Shown: positions 9,064 through 19,463 of the stretch, in pieces
Position numbering within the stretch: position 1 is the first letter of the stretch
How the letters are laid out: each line of letters opens with the position of its first letter
IMG/VR virus record: IMGVR_UViG_2974541498_000001
Location: 72,609-136,608 of that record
Reading direction: 5' to 3' (one strand)
From: a virus
Taxonomy: Duplodnaviria > Caudoviricetes
DNA length: 64,000 nucleotides
Notes under the pieces: model-generated
Seen by the model: the letters and a program-made list of their open reading frames with translations, nothing else
What the model was told of the DNA's origin: nothing
Database searches by the model: none
Translations under genes and position numbers: made by a program

Positions 9064-12000
9064 ATGGCTTCTAATAACGTAACTAGTATAACTACTAATC
9101 AAACATCCGTTCCACTAATTGAATTAAAATTATATACCGAGCATAATATTATTAATTTAAAATATGATAATTCTATAAAAACTAATAATAAAAGTTTAAC
9201 TTCTGGTGTCGTTAGTTTTCAAACAAAGAATGCTATGGAAGATGACTCATCTGCTTTTAGCATAATCTTATCTGGAGACTTTAAGTGGGACTACGTTATC
9301 TTCCCTAATGATATTATTTCTCTAGGAGTCAAAACTAATCAAACTGGTGTTAAAAATGATAAAAATACTAAGTTAATTACTGGAATGATTACGGAAGTCC
9401 ATAGAGTTGACAACTATGATTCAGACAATGTTGTCTATCAGCTTAATGGCCGTTCTATGGCAAACGCTTTTATGCAATACAAAATTGGACTTATTGAAGA
9501 AGTTCAAGAAAGTATTAGTTCTATGGGTTGGCTATGGGATACTAATATGGATTATCAGGCAGAAACAGTAACTAGTGAAAATTCTAGTTCTGGTAGCGCT
9601 TCCGGAGTTCCTAGCACAGAATTAGAATTTTGGAAGCTCCCCCTAGATAATGATTTTGGAATATCTGAAAGCAAGTTAATTAGCTTAGCTAAAAGCTCCA
9701 CTAGAGTAAAAATGTATAATATGGGAGTATCCGATATAAAGAAAGCCAATCAAATAATTAGTTCTTATCATTTTTCCGTAGCACTATTTTGGGGATACGA
9801 GTTAGTAGAAGGACCGGGATCTGCTGGATGGCTTAATCATCATGATTATGGTGGCGGTTGGGAGCATCAACTTAAAAGCTGTCTAAGAGACTTAATTGCT
9901 ACTAGTAAGCATCATGGGAGCTTAGCTACTGGTGGTGGATCAAATGTTACGAGTTCTTGGTTTGGAAAAAAAGAAAGAGATATTTATAAGTCTTTGCCTA
10001 ATGGTAGTATAGGCGTTATGTATATGCAAGAAACAGCCGCCGCATCTGCAATGCTTACTGGTCATCGCGCAGGAGGAAGACCCGGAGGTTATGGAGACCC
10101 TTTCAAGACAATTATGGATAAATTAAAAAGCATGGGGGCAAAAGGAGGAACATCTACTAAATCAGCAAATTCCTCTGTAAAATCTTCTGGATCAGGAAAT
10201 ACAAACGCTACTCAGGCAGAAATAAATAATGAAAAAGAACATTCAAAAGGCGTTGCTTTTCTAGGAAATACTTGTGCAGTAATTGAATCTGAAATAATGG
10301 ATAGATTTCTTCCGTATATGAAGTATTCATATGGTACTAAAGGATATAACTTATCCCATTTTATTAATTATAATAGTATGACTAGCTGGGATTCTTATGA
10401 AAAATTACAAGATTCTTCTTCATTTGTTAACTTTAAAGGAAGCTTATATGAATTGCAAGATGCAATTCTTCATAAACCCTTTGTAGAAATGTTCTATGAT
10501 ACTGATTATAATGGATTAGCTCATCTAGTAGTTAGAAGAACTCCTTTTAACCCTTCTGATTGGAATGGTGTTGACTCAAAAGGAAATTATGAAATTCCAC
10601 GAGTAGTATTAAACAGTAACCAAGTTATTAATGATGATTTGAGTAAAACAAACAGTGAAGCTTACTCAGTATTTAATGTCAATCCGGCCACTGCTAACTA
10701 TACTGGTATTAAAAATGCTGGAGAACTAGGATCACTTCCACAGTTCAACCAACAGTTAGTTAATATATATGGATATAGCATTCTAGAAGTTACTAGCCTT
10801 TATTTAAAAGGAAGTAGTACGGGGCCTTTAGCTAATAATACTAAATCAACCGGAAAGAATTCAAAAGTTTTAGCAAGCGCAGGAACTCCTTATACCGCAT
10901 CTGATATTAATAAGCTTTTAAATAAAGTTAAACTAAAAACACTTAGACAGAAGCAATCCACTTACGCTCAAAAAATAGCTAATAATGCTAATAATATTTC
11001 TGGCCAGCAAGCCGCAGAATTAGTTAGTGCTTATTTAATTAATGAAAAGCATTTAACGCAAACTAAAATGAATGGGATATTAGATACAGAAAATGGTGGC
11101 GGACAAAGTTGTATTGGCGGAGAAGGAATAAGCTATAAGAAATGGCTAGATATTGTTAAAACATATTCTGATGCTAAAACCTATATGCAAGAATGTAAAA
11201 CAACTTTTAATAATACAGATGATGAGGTATTATTTGAACTTCGAGGAAAGTATGCTAGTGGTGGTAACAAGCTTTCTCAAAAAGATTTTAAGTCACTTCT
11301 AAAAAAATATCAAATTGTTAGTCAAAATACAAAAGTTAAGGATGAAGCTATTGATTTAAAATTCTTTACTCAAATGTTATTTAATTGGTATTCAGATGAT
11401 ATTAATTTCTTAGCAGGAAACATAACAGTTCCCGGTGACTCTAAATATAGAATTGGGGAAATAGCAGAAGTAATTAATGAAAATGATCCTAAAGATTCAA
11501 TGGAATTCTATATAGAGTCTGTTGAACACACTTTTAGCTTTACTTCTGGATGGCAGACTGTTTTAGGAGTTACTAGAGGGCTTAAAAACTTAGGAAAAGA
11601 TAGGTTTAAGCATATGTGGGGTAAAAACCAAGACTTCTTAGGAGGATATATGGGAGAAGCCGCACTTAATATGCTTGCTTATGGTACGGAACCTACTAAA
11701 TCTTCTGGAGGAAGTGACTCAACAGGAGGTGCCGCTGGAGGAAAATGGGGGCTTCCTTTTAAAGGACATGGAACTGTTGATACCAACCCTGCACAAAACT
11801 TCGGATCTCCTAGAGGACAAGGAACCCATGATGGAACAGACTTTGGATTTTCTAATTTCTCTAATGGGGGATCAATTAGGGCTATCCATGGGGGAACCGT
11901 AAAATACGTGGGATCTGGGGCAGGTTCTTGGACAAATTCTGTTATTATTATTACGGAATCTGATGATGGATATTCTGTATGCTATCAAGAATTTGGAACA

Positions 12001-12201
12001 ACGGCCAATGCTAAAGTTAAAAAAGGAGATAAAGTAAAAACAGGAGATATAATTGGAACAAGAAACTACAGTGGGCATGATCATGTACATGTAGGAGTAA
12101 CCAAGCATGGATGGAGAAAATTATATAATGGTAGCTATTCTACTAGTGGGTTTGAAGACCCTTTAAAATTAATTGCTGGTAAAAACCATGGAAGTGTTTA
12201 A
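9064..12201 (+). CDS. Baseplate hub / tail-associated lysin with C-terminal M23 peptidase
   Basis: Hub motifs (FQTKNAMEDD, FYIESVEH.F...GW.T.LGVTRG); M23 zinc motifs HDGTD and HVH, VKKGDKVKTGD. Confidence 0.85.
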   Translation: MASNNVTSITTNQTSVPLIELKLYTEHNIINLKYDNSIKTNNKSLTSGVVSFQTKNAMEDDSSAFSIILSGDFKWDYVIFPNDIISLGVKTNQTGVKNDKNTKLITGMITEVHRVDNYDSDNVVYQLNGRSMANAFMQYKIGLIEEVQESISSMGWLWDTNMDYQAETVTSENSSSGSASGVPSTELEFWKLPLDNDFGISESKLISLAKSSTRVKMYNMGVSDIKKANQIISSYHFSVALFWGYELVEGPGSAGWLNHHDYGGGWEHQLKSCLRDLIATSKHHGSLATGGGSNVTSSWFGKKERDIYKSLPNGSIGVMYMQETAAASAMLTGHRAGGRPGGYGDPFKTIMDKLKSMGAKGGTSTKSANSSVKSSGSGNTNATQAEINNEKEHSKGVAFLGNTCAVIESEIMDRFLPYMKYSYGTKGYNLSHFINYNSMTSWDSYEKLQDSSSFVNFKGSLYELQDAILHKPFVEMFYDTDYNGLAHLVVRRTPFNPSDWNGVDSKGNYEIPRVVLNSNQVINDDLSKTNSEAYSVFNVNPATANYTGIKNAGELGSLPQFNQQLVNIYGYSILEVTSLYLKGSSTGPLANNTKSTGKNSKVLASAGTPYTASDINKLLNKVKLKTLRQKQSTYAQKIANNANNISGQQAAELVSAYLINEKHLTQTKMNGILDTENGGGQSCIGGEGISYKKWLDIVKTYSDAKTYMQECKTTFNNTDDEVLFELRGKYASGGNKLSQKDFKSLLKKYQIVSQNTKVKDEAIDLKFFTQMLFNWYSDDINFLAGNITVPGDSKYRIGEIAEVINENDPKDSMEFYIESVEHTFSFTSGWQTVLGVTRGLKNLGKDRFKHMWGKNQDFLGGYMGEAALNMLAYGTEPTKSSGGSDSTGGAAGGKWGLPFKGHGTVDTNPAQNFGSPRGQGTHDGTDFGFSNFSNGGSIRAIHGGTVKYVGSGAGSWTNSVIIITESDDGYSVCYQEFGTTANAKVKKGDKVKTGDIIGTRNYSGHDHVHVGVTKHGWRKLYNGSYSTSGFEDPLKLIAGKNHGSV

Positions 12202-12220
12202 AAGAAAGGAAGATTAATAT

Positions 12221-15200
12221 ATGGCTAAGCAAAAGGGGGATATCCGTAGACAAGCCTCTTTAGGAACAGAATTAAAAAGAAATATAAACAATAATAATTC
12301 AACTTCTGATCTAGTATTAGCTAGAGTTTCTAAGGTAGACTATGAGAATAATAGTATTGAATATATTGTACAAACAAATGGTATGAATAACAGCTCGGGA
12401 GCTATATCCAATGGAGGCGCCAGACTTCCTGTTTCCTTTGGTGGTAAAAATGGCTATGGAAATCCTTATGGATCAGTTAATACGATTAGGGTTAATGATA
12501 TTGTCTTAATTGGCTTTGTTGGGGGTAAAAAGAATTCCCCTATTGTAATAAGCAAATATTTGTCTGACGAAGATGCCTATATGCTATCCGATTATTCAGG
12601 GGACCAATATATGGCTCCTAATGATGAAGATATGTATGATAAAACTAATTCATATAGAGATTTATATCCTGATTTAACTTACTCCTATCATAATGGTAAT
12701 GGATATTATGAGCATACTTTTAGTGGAAATAGCTTCCTAGTAATGGATGATTATGATATTAAGGGCAATTTTGTAGACTATCCAGTAGGCGAGGTTGATG
12801 CTTCTACTTACTACTCATTACGGGGAAATAAATATAAAGATGGAACAAACTTTGACACTTTAAATTATCTAGCTCCAAACATATTTTTTAAACATCAAGG
12901 AAGCTATCTATTAGATGATAACGGAGAAGAAAAACTAGATCATCATCAAACAAATGTTTCTATATCACCCCAAGGAACGACTAGACTAACTACTTTTCAT
13001 GATGATGATAAATGGCTATCGTTGTTTTCTATAGATGGAGATAATGGGGAAATAAGTCTTACTAGAGAAAATGATAACTCTATCAATATTGGGGATACTT
13101 CTGATAGTAATGCCACATTTACAATTGATAAAGACAATAATTTAATATTATCATCAGGTAATACAAAAATGACGCTTTCTGACGGTCATCATATTATTGC
13201 TAGCGACTTAGATACTGATTCAGATAAAATAGATCTTTATCAATCGGCTTTAAATAACAAGAATTCAATATCTGGTATAAACAATAGTATAAACTCTATT
13301 AATAATAATATGTCTTCTAGTTCCAGCTCATTATCTACTGTGAATGACCAAGTGAATATGTCAGCATCTTCTATTTCTCAAACAAATGCTATAGCTAGTT
13401 CAATTTACGGGAATGCAACTACTTCTGTAAATATGTTTTCTTTAGCAAGTTCTATTGCGAATACTGAAATAGATAGTAATACTGGATTCTACAAGGAAAA
13501 TAATGGTAGCTTATCAACTCCCAAAATGGCGGCAATAAGAAACTTTAATTATATATTAACGGCTTACTCTGTTACTAGTCCAATTACTATAAAGATAGCC
13601 TTTTATGACTTAAATAAAAACTTTATAAATGAAAAAGAAGTTACAGGTAATTCAGGAGATATCTCTGTAACCGCGATTTCACCAGATAATGCTGTATATA
13701 TTTCTGCAAGTGTAAGTAGTAACGCCTTTAAAGTAAAATTAGAGCAAGCAGATAAGGTTACTAGTTGGTCTCCATCAATTGTCGATTTATATACAAATAA
13801 TAATACGGTATTAGAACTATTAAGTGCGGCTAAAATAGCACAAGCAGATACTAATGCCAAAATGTCTACGGTAACTAGCAACAATTATTTAAATAGTCTA
13901 TTACAGTATAATAATGATTCACAAATATTAGCCAGTGATAAAGATTCTTTAGCTAATTCTTGGGACTTATTCAAAGCAGATTATAAAGTAGTAGTATCCT
14001 ATGCTACTAAATACTCAGTAGACTTAACAACTGCCAATAGCTACTATACCCCTTTGGAAAATTCTATTGAAAAAGATATTCTGGTTGATAGAACGTCTAA
14101 TAGCCCAGCAGGAGCTTATACAAGCAATATTAAAGGCCTTCAATCTGCACTTGATAAAGTTATACCTAATATAATTTCATCAGCCCTGAATAGTGTCATA
14201 ACAGCTCAGAATACGCTTGCTACAAATACTAGCAGTTATAGAAATCTATTACTAGGAACCACTACAAATATTTCTGCAACTGGAGATCAGAAATTATACT
14301 CCTTATCAAACGGAGCTAGTCAAATATCTGGAAGTACTATACTATCTTTTACTTTTAATACTACTGATGTTAATAGCAATTTTTCTATTAATGAGGTTAT
14401 TCTAAACAATGATGGATCTATTAATAAAGAAGTTGTTTTAATTGATAATCTTCCAAACAATATGACTAATAATGTTGTTTCTAGCTTTATACAGCCTATT
14501 GTGCCTACTTTAAATCAAAAGGCGGACATTTATATAAGGTTCTCTTCTTATAGGCAACCTGTTCAAATTTCTAATATGATTATGGCAACATCAAATAATA
14601 CTAAAGTAACATGGGTTGCGGCTCCTGAAGATATTTCTAGCACTACTACAGACAAACTAGCTACCTTTAAAATTACCGATGACCAAATTACTAGCGCTGT
14701 ATTTGACCATCTTCTAGAACAGTCTGATGTATTTACACAAACGGCTGAAAAGGCTCAAATCGCCGTCACCCAAGGAGATGTTTCTGCGGGATTATCAATT
14801 GAAGCAGGTAAGATGGTTTGGTTTGGTAAAGAAATAGATATTTTGGGAGATATTGTTGATAACAATAAAATAACAGGAGCTCAATTTGTAGATACTTCTT
14901 GGTCTTCTACTACTGGAAACTTTAGTATTACTAATACTGGGGTAACTACTGGCATGTCGTTAAATAGTTCAACAATAACTAACACAACTTTTAACTTATC
15001 TGCATCTGGGGAAATAATTGGCAACTATAGCATAGCAGATAGTACTACTTCTAATATTCCTATTAAGTCTTCCGGTAAGTCAATAGAAGATAACTCTGGT
15101 ATTAAATCTTCTGGCAGTAAACAATCATATATTAATGGATCATGGTCTGGATATGATGATAGTTTAAACTTATCAAGTTCCGTTAGCAACAAGGAAGTAT

Positions 15201-15730
15201 CCAATATTTCTCCTAGCTATTTAGAATATAAAATACTAAATACCTCGGGCAACAATTTGATGGATACCAAAGTATCTAGTGATGGTGTATATTTAAGTGA
15301 TATTAGTAATTCTATTAAATATACCAGTAAAGGGATATCTGCAAATAAGACATTATCAATAGAGTCTCCTGCTATTTCTAGCAAGGGAATATATAATAAT
15401 ACTTCTAGTGCTTCTGCAAACTTAACTATAGATGATTCTGGAATAATTCATAGAGTATCATCTTCTGAAAAGTATAAAAAGAATATTTCACCAATTGATG
15501 ATATAATAGATAAAGGTAAAGCACTATTAACTATTACACCTAAGAAATGGCAAGATAAAAATAATGATAAAGATACCCAAGTAGGATTGATTGCCGAGGA
15601 CTTAGAAAAAGTAGGATTATCTGATTTCTTATTTTATAAAGATGGTAAACCCGAAGGAATTCAATATGACCGACTATTCATTCTTTTAATGCCATTAATC
15701 AAAAATATTTTGGAGGAAAACAATGGATAA
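12221..15730 (+). CDS. Baseplate spike/central fibre with C-terminal intramolecular chaperone (peptidase S74-like)
   Basis: N-terminal OB-fold-like LARVSKVDY / VLIGFV.G....PIVI; C-terminal SSEKYKKNI...GLIAEDL...GIQYDRL motif. Confidence 0.78.
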   Translation: MAKQKGDIRRQASLGTELKRNINNNNSTSDLVLARVSKVDYENNSIEYIVQTNGMNNSSGAISNGGARLPVSFGGKNGYGNPYGSVNTIRVNDIVLIGFVGGKKNSPIVISKYLSDEDAYMLSDYSGDQYMAPNDEDMYDKTNSYRDLYPDLTYSYHNGNGYYEHTFSGNSFLVMDDYDIKGNFVDYPVGEVDASTYYSLRGNKYKDGTNFDTLNYLAPNIFFKHQGSYLLDDNGEEKLDHHQTNVSISPQGTTRLTTFHDDDKWLSLFSIDGDNGEISLTRENDNSINIGDTSDSNATFTIDKDNNLILSSGNTKMTLSDGHHIIASDLDTDSDKIDLYQSALNNKNSISGINNSINSINNNMSSSSSSLSTVNDQVNMSASSISQTNAIASSIYGNATTSVNMFSLASSIANTEIDSNTGFYKENNGSLSTPKMAAIRNFNYILTAYSVTSPITIKIAFYDLNKNFINEKEVTGNSGDISVTAISPDNAVYISASVSSNAFKVKLEQADKVTSWSPSIVDLYTNNNTVLELLSAAKIAQADTNAKMSTVTSNNYLNSLLQYNNDSQILASDKDSLANSWDLFKADYKVVVSYATKYSVDLTTANSYYTPLENSIEKDILVDRTSNSPAGAYTSNIKGLQSALDKVIPNIISSALNSVITAQNTLATNTSSYRNLLLGTTTNISATGDQKLYSLSNGASQISGSTILSFTFNTTDVNSNFSINEVILNNDGSINKEVVLIDNLPNNMTNNVVSSFIQPIVPTLNQKADIYIRFSSYRQPVQISNMIMATSNNTKVTWVAAPEDISSTTTDKLATFKITDDQITSAVFDHLLEQSDVFTQTAEKAQIAVTQGDVSAGLSIEAGKMVWFGKEIDILGDIVDNNKITGAQFVDTSWSSTTGNFSITNTGVTTGMSLNSSTITNTTFNLSASGEIIGNYSIADSTTSNIPIKSSGKSIEDNSGIKSSGSKQSYINGSWSGYDDSLNLSSSVSNKEVSNISPSYLEYKILNTSGNNLMDTKVSSDGVYLSDISNSIKYTSKGISANKTLSIESPAISSKGIYNNTSSASANLTIDDSGIIHRVSSSEKYKKNISPIDDIIDKGKALLTITPKKWQDKNNDKDTQVGLIAEDLEKVGLSDFLFYKDGKPEGIQYDRLFILLMPLIKNILEENNG

Positions 15731-15878
15731 AATACAAATAGATATAAATGATGTATTTAATTATTATTTAGATGAACTTTCTAAAAAGGATAAGAAGATA
15801 ATTATGTTGATTTCAGAAAATAAAGCATTGGCTAAAAAGATACAAGAAAGAGAAAACAAAAATAAGCCTACTAAGTAG
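15723..15878 (+). CDS. Small coiled-coil tail accessory protein, 51 aa (not in ORF track)
   Basis: GGAGG RBS, ATG 15723, TAG 15876-15878; overlaps the spike stop codon. Confidence 0.65.
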   Translation: MDKIQIDINDVFNYYLDELSKKDKKIIMLISENKALAKKIQERENKNKPTK

Positions 15879-15886
15879 GCTTTTTT
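15864..15886 (+). terminator. Rho-independent terminator
   Basis: aagcctac-taa-gtaggctttttt. Confidence 0.8.
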
Positions 15887-15926
15887 CATATTCAAGTTAA
15901 ATTATAGATAGAAGGAAGGTTTTATA

Positions 15927-16526
15927 TTGAATTCGAGATATTCAGGAACTAGAAAAACTAGTGTAGGTAGCGGATTAGTTGCCTTTCAATGGGGAAGCAA
16001 GTATGTTCAACTTGCTATTAATCCACAACAGTATGAATATAGTTCTCCTCAACGTACTTCGACATTTAAAACACAATCAAACGTTGTTGTTGAAAACTTT
16101 GGGCAAGATCTCAGGACTATAACTTTTAGTGGAAATACTGGTGCTAAAGAACAAGGATCAGGAACATCCAGAATGAATGGTGAGCAAAGATTTCAAGCAT
16201 TAAAGGATATAATAGTTGGGTATCAGCAAGCCAGTGATAATGGGAATGTGCCAGCAGATGAGCTTATATTCTATAACAATATGGATATAAACCAACCAAG
16301 CTATACGGTAAATATTGCTCCACAAGGATTCCAATATAGCCGGGATAGTGACAACCCTTTACTATATAATTATGCAGTATCCTTACTAGTTATAAAGCCT
16401 GCAAGCATTCCTCAAAGCAAAGTTAATGACCGGCAAGGGACTTCTGGGGGTAATGAAACTTCTCAGGCAGAACAAGAAGCTCAAAATAGTGGTAAAAAGG
16501 CTGGAACTATTGTAGGGGGTAAATAG
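15927..16526 (+). CDS. Baseplate / tail-tube initiator protein
   Basis: INPQ.Y....PQRT..FKT.S..VVE.FG.D...I.FSG.TG motif; PLLYNY. Confidence 0.7.
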   Translation: MNSRYSGTRKTSVGSGLVAFQWGSKYVQLAINPQQYEYSSPQRTSTFKTQSNVVVENFGQDLRTITFSGNTGAKEQGSGTSRMNGEQRFQALKDIIVGYQQASDNGNVPADELIFYNNMDINQPSYTVNIAPQGFQYSRDSDNPLLYNYAVSLLVIKPASIPQSKVNDRQGTSGGNETSQAEQEAQNSGKKAGTIVGGK

Positions 16527-16528
16527 AA

Positions 16529-17092
16529 ATGTCCTATATTGTGGGAATAACAGATCAGTCTGCGGAATTAATGCGATTCCTTTATTCCATAAAAATAACA
16601 AATAATCAATTAGTTAAAAACTTACTTGATGAAAAGGTTTCCTTTATATCAAGATTTTATACTCCAAATATAGATGTTACTAATTTATCCGGTAAGGTTG
16701 CGACACTTATTCAAGAATCTGATGCTGATTGGGTTAATAACATTAATTCTATTGATGAAAAATCCTTAGTATATTTACTAGATCAGTCAGATATAAAGAA
16801 CAATCATAACGACCTATATAGTATTTTCCAAACAGTTATATTAGATGCTTTTAGCATTGGTTATGCGCAAGGATATGATAATTCTTTATATACCTATTTA
16901 AGTACAGATGAGATAGATAGCTTACTAGTAAATATATCTTATTTAATAGACGCTTTAGAAAACATAAATATTTCCCAATATTCAGACATAATTCTTAGTT
17001 CAACTGATTTATACAATAATATATGTTCGGTTAAATCAAATTTATCTTATCTACAGAATCAGCAAGAAATTGATAGCCAAACAATTATATAG
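16529..17092 (+). CDS. Conserved baseplate-region virion protein
   Basis: Synteny; FISRFYTP motif. Confidence 0.55.
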   Translation: MSYIVGITDQSAELMRFLYSIKITNNQLVKNLLDEKVSFISRFYTPNIDVTNLSGKVATLIQESDADWVNNINSIDEKSLVYLLDQSDIKNNHNDLYSIFQTVILDAFSIGYAQGYDNSLYTYLSTDEIDSLLVNISYLIDALENINISQYSDIILSSTDLYNNICSVKSNLSYLQNQQEIDSQTII

Positions 17093-17108
17093 AGAGGAAT
17101 GGTAGTGA

Positions 17109-17798
17109 ATGGCTAGATACCTAAAATATACAGTTCGAGAAGGTGACACTCTTCAAAGCATTTCTCAAAGCACAACGGAGGATATCAACAATTGGATAAC
17201 CATTGCAGAATACAATAATCTAGAATATCCCTATATTGTAGAAACTCCAAAGGAAAAAGTTGCAAATGTTTCTCACCTAGTCACATGGGGTGATGAAATT
17301 ATTCTTCCTTTTCCTATAGAATCATTAGAACTATCAGCATTAAATATAAACAGACAGGATAAAGATGAAATTGAAAATATTGCGCTTGGAACAGACCTTA
17401 ATGTAAATATTATTGGTGAAGGTTCTTGGGATGGCATCTATAGATTATCTAGTAATGGTCATGGGGATATTGAAATATCTTCTGGTATGGATAACATAAA
17501 GCAAGCAGTATTAAATAGACTGCTAACTGGTAAGGGAAGCTTAGAAGGACATCCTGATTTTGGATCTAATCTAGAACGAGATATTGGGTTGCATACAAGT
17601 AATACCCTTCAAATGATTAATAACGATATTAGTAAAGCAATTTTATCAGATTCAAGAATAACAGCAGTTAACGTGTCTAATAGTTCTATACTAGGAGATA
17701 CGTATAATGGAAAATGGCAAGTAACTGTAGAAGGACTCGACACTGCCTTTGAATGGGTGTTTTCTAGAGATTCTTCCGGAAACTTTACATTAGAATAG
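17109..17798 (+). CDS. Baseplate wedge protein, LysM-like plus gp25-like domain
   Basis: YTVREGDTLQSI...W..IAEYNNLEYPYI; NIKQA..RLLT.KGSL..HP.FGS. Confidence 0.82.
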   Translation: MARYLKYTVREGDTLQSISQSTTEDINNWITIAEYNNLEYPYIVETPKEKVANVSHLVTWGDEIILPFPIESLELSALNINRQDKDEIENIALGTDLNVNIIGEGSWDGIYRLSSNGHGDIEISSGMDNIKQAVLNRLLTGKGSLEGHPDFGSNLERDIGLHTSNTLQMINNDISKAILSDSRITAVNVSNSSILGDTYNGKWQVTVEGLDTAFEWVFSRDSSGNFTLE

Positions 17799-17804
17799 AA
17801 AGAA

Positions 17805-19454
17805 GTGATTATTATCAAAATAAAAAGTTTATCTGAAATCGTTAGCAATCTAATAAATACTACTACTAGTTTAACTTCTGAATTGACAGACTTCACATTA
17901 GGATCATCAATCATTAGAAGTATTTATGAAGCCTTTGCTATGCAACTTCAAGAATATTATGTATTAACTCGTCAAAATATTATAGGGGGTATAGAAGAAG
18001 GAGTTCAGAATGGCTTTGGATTTGAAAGAAGAAAAGCTACACAAGCCTTTGGGGATTTATTAATAACCTTTAGCTCTTCTACAGTATCAGATACAATAAT
18101 TCCACAGGGTACTACCTTTACGTCAAATATTCAAGGTTATAATTATAGTTATGAAACTATTGAGCCTTACTTCGTGCCCTCTGGTTCTATTGATGCAAAA
18201 GTTACGGTATATTGTAATACCGTTGGAGTAGCTGGTAATGTTCCGGCTAATGTTATTAATGCTGTTCAAAATTCTATTGGAAATGTAGCTACCATTACTA
18301 ATCCTGAAGAAATAATAACGGGGCAAGATGAGGAAAGTGAGTCTGATTTTAAGAACAGATTTAACCAATATATAACAGCTATTGGTAGATCAACTGTTCA
18401 ATCAATAGAGTACGCTACTCGAAAAGTTCAAAATATAACAGGAGTATATGTAGATGATAGTGAAACCGGACTAATAAAGATATATTGTCATGATGCAAAC
18501 GGTAATCTAGAAGAAAATGATTATGATAAAGTTGTTTATGCTATTTCAAATGAAAATGATGAGTATAATCCAGCAGGGATTGCTTGGGAAGTTCTTCCTG
18601 TAGATAAAGTATTGGCTAATATGGACATTAATGTCTATATAAAGGATTTTAACAAGTTAACAGAAACTGTTCAAAATAGTATAGAGAACATTGTCAATTC
18701 CTACTTAAATACTAAAGTTGTTGGAAGCGATGTTTCCTTATCTCAAATATCAAGATTAATTATGAACTTTGACCCATATCTAATAACTGACGTATCTGTA
18801 GAAATTCCTATTACTGACGATATGGATAGTCAAATTACTAGTGCTAGTTCTGACGTATCTAGCGTTAGTCAAGAACGATCAACAGTTTCCGGTTTAGTTT
18901 CTTCTGCACAATATGATAATTCATATACAGCAACGGATATGATTAATTATGGAAATGACTATTTAATCACTGTTAATGAAAAGGCAGAGATTAATAAACA
19001 ATTAGTATCAATTAACTCTAATTATACTACAGACTCGTCATTAGCTGATAAATATTTTGTAAATAAATTTAGCTACTCCCAAGCGTATAACAATATTGTT
19101 TCATTGCTAACTAATATATTGCCTACAGATAATAAGCCTTTCCAGATTGATTATACATCTTATCGGGAGACTATTATGAATTATTATGCTTCCAGAGTTA
19201 CCCTTCTAAATAATATACAAGATAGTGTTTCAAACAAGCTAACTACTTTACAGCAATCTCTAGTATCTTTAAACCAAGAGGCATATAAACAACAACACTC
19301 CAATATTCCTATTGGGCCGAGTCAAGTTGCTCGTCCAGGGGATGATGTTAACGTATTTTATTATAATACACAAGATGCTGAGCAAACTACTGTTACGAAG
19401 TATATAGATCAGCATACTACTGAGATGACTACAATTAATGATAGTCAGGAATAG
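17805..19454 (+). CDS. Baseplate J-like protein with C-terminal helical extension
   Basis: TDFT.GS.IRS.YEA; GNVPAN.I; G.D.ES...F..RF. Confidence 0.85.
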   Translation: MIIIKIKSLSEIVSNLINTTTSLTSELTDFTLGSSIIRSIYEAFAMQLQEYYVLTRQNIIGGIEEGVQNGFGFERRKATQAFGDLLITFSSSTVSDTIIPQGTTFTSNIQGYNYSYETIEPYFVPSGSIDAKVTVYCNTVGVAGNVPANVINAVQNSIGNVATITNPEEIITGQDEESESDFKNRFNQYITAIGRSTVQSIEYATRKVQNITGVYVDDSETGLIKIYCHDANGNLEENDYDKVVYAISNENDEYNPAGIAWEVLPVDKVLANMDINVYIKDFNKLTETVQNSIENIVNSYLNTKVVGSDVSLSQISRLIMNFDPYLITDVSVEIPITDDMDSQITSASSDVSSVSQERSTVSGLVSSAQYDNSYTATDMINYGNDYLITVNEKAEINKQLVSINSNYTTDSSLADKYFVNKFSYSQAYNNIVSLLTNILPTDNKPFQIDYTSYRETIMNYYASRVTLLNNIQDSVSNKLTTLQQSLVSLNQEAYKQQHSNIPIGPSQVARPGDDVNVFYYNTQDAEQTTVTKYIDQHTTEMTTINDSQE

Positions 19455-19463
19455 GAGGGAAAA

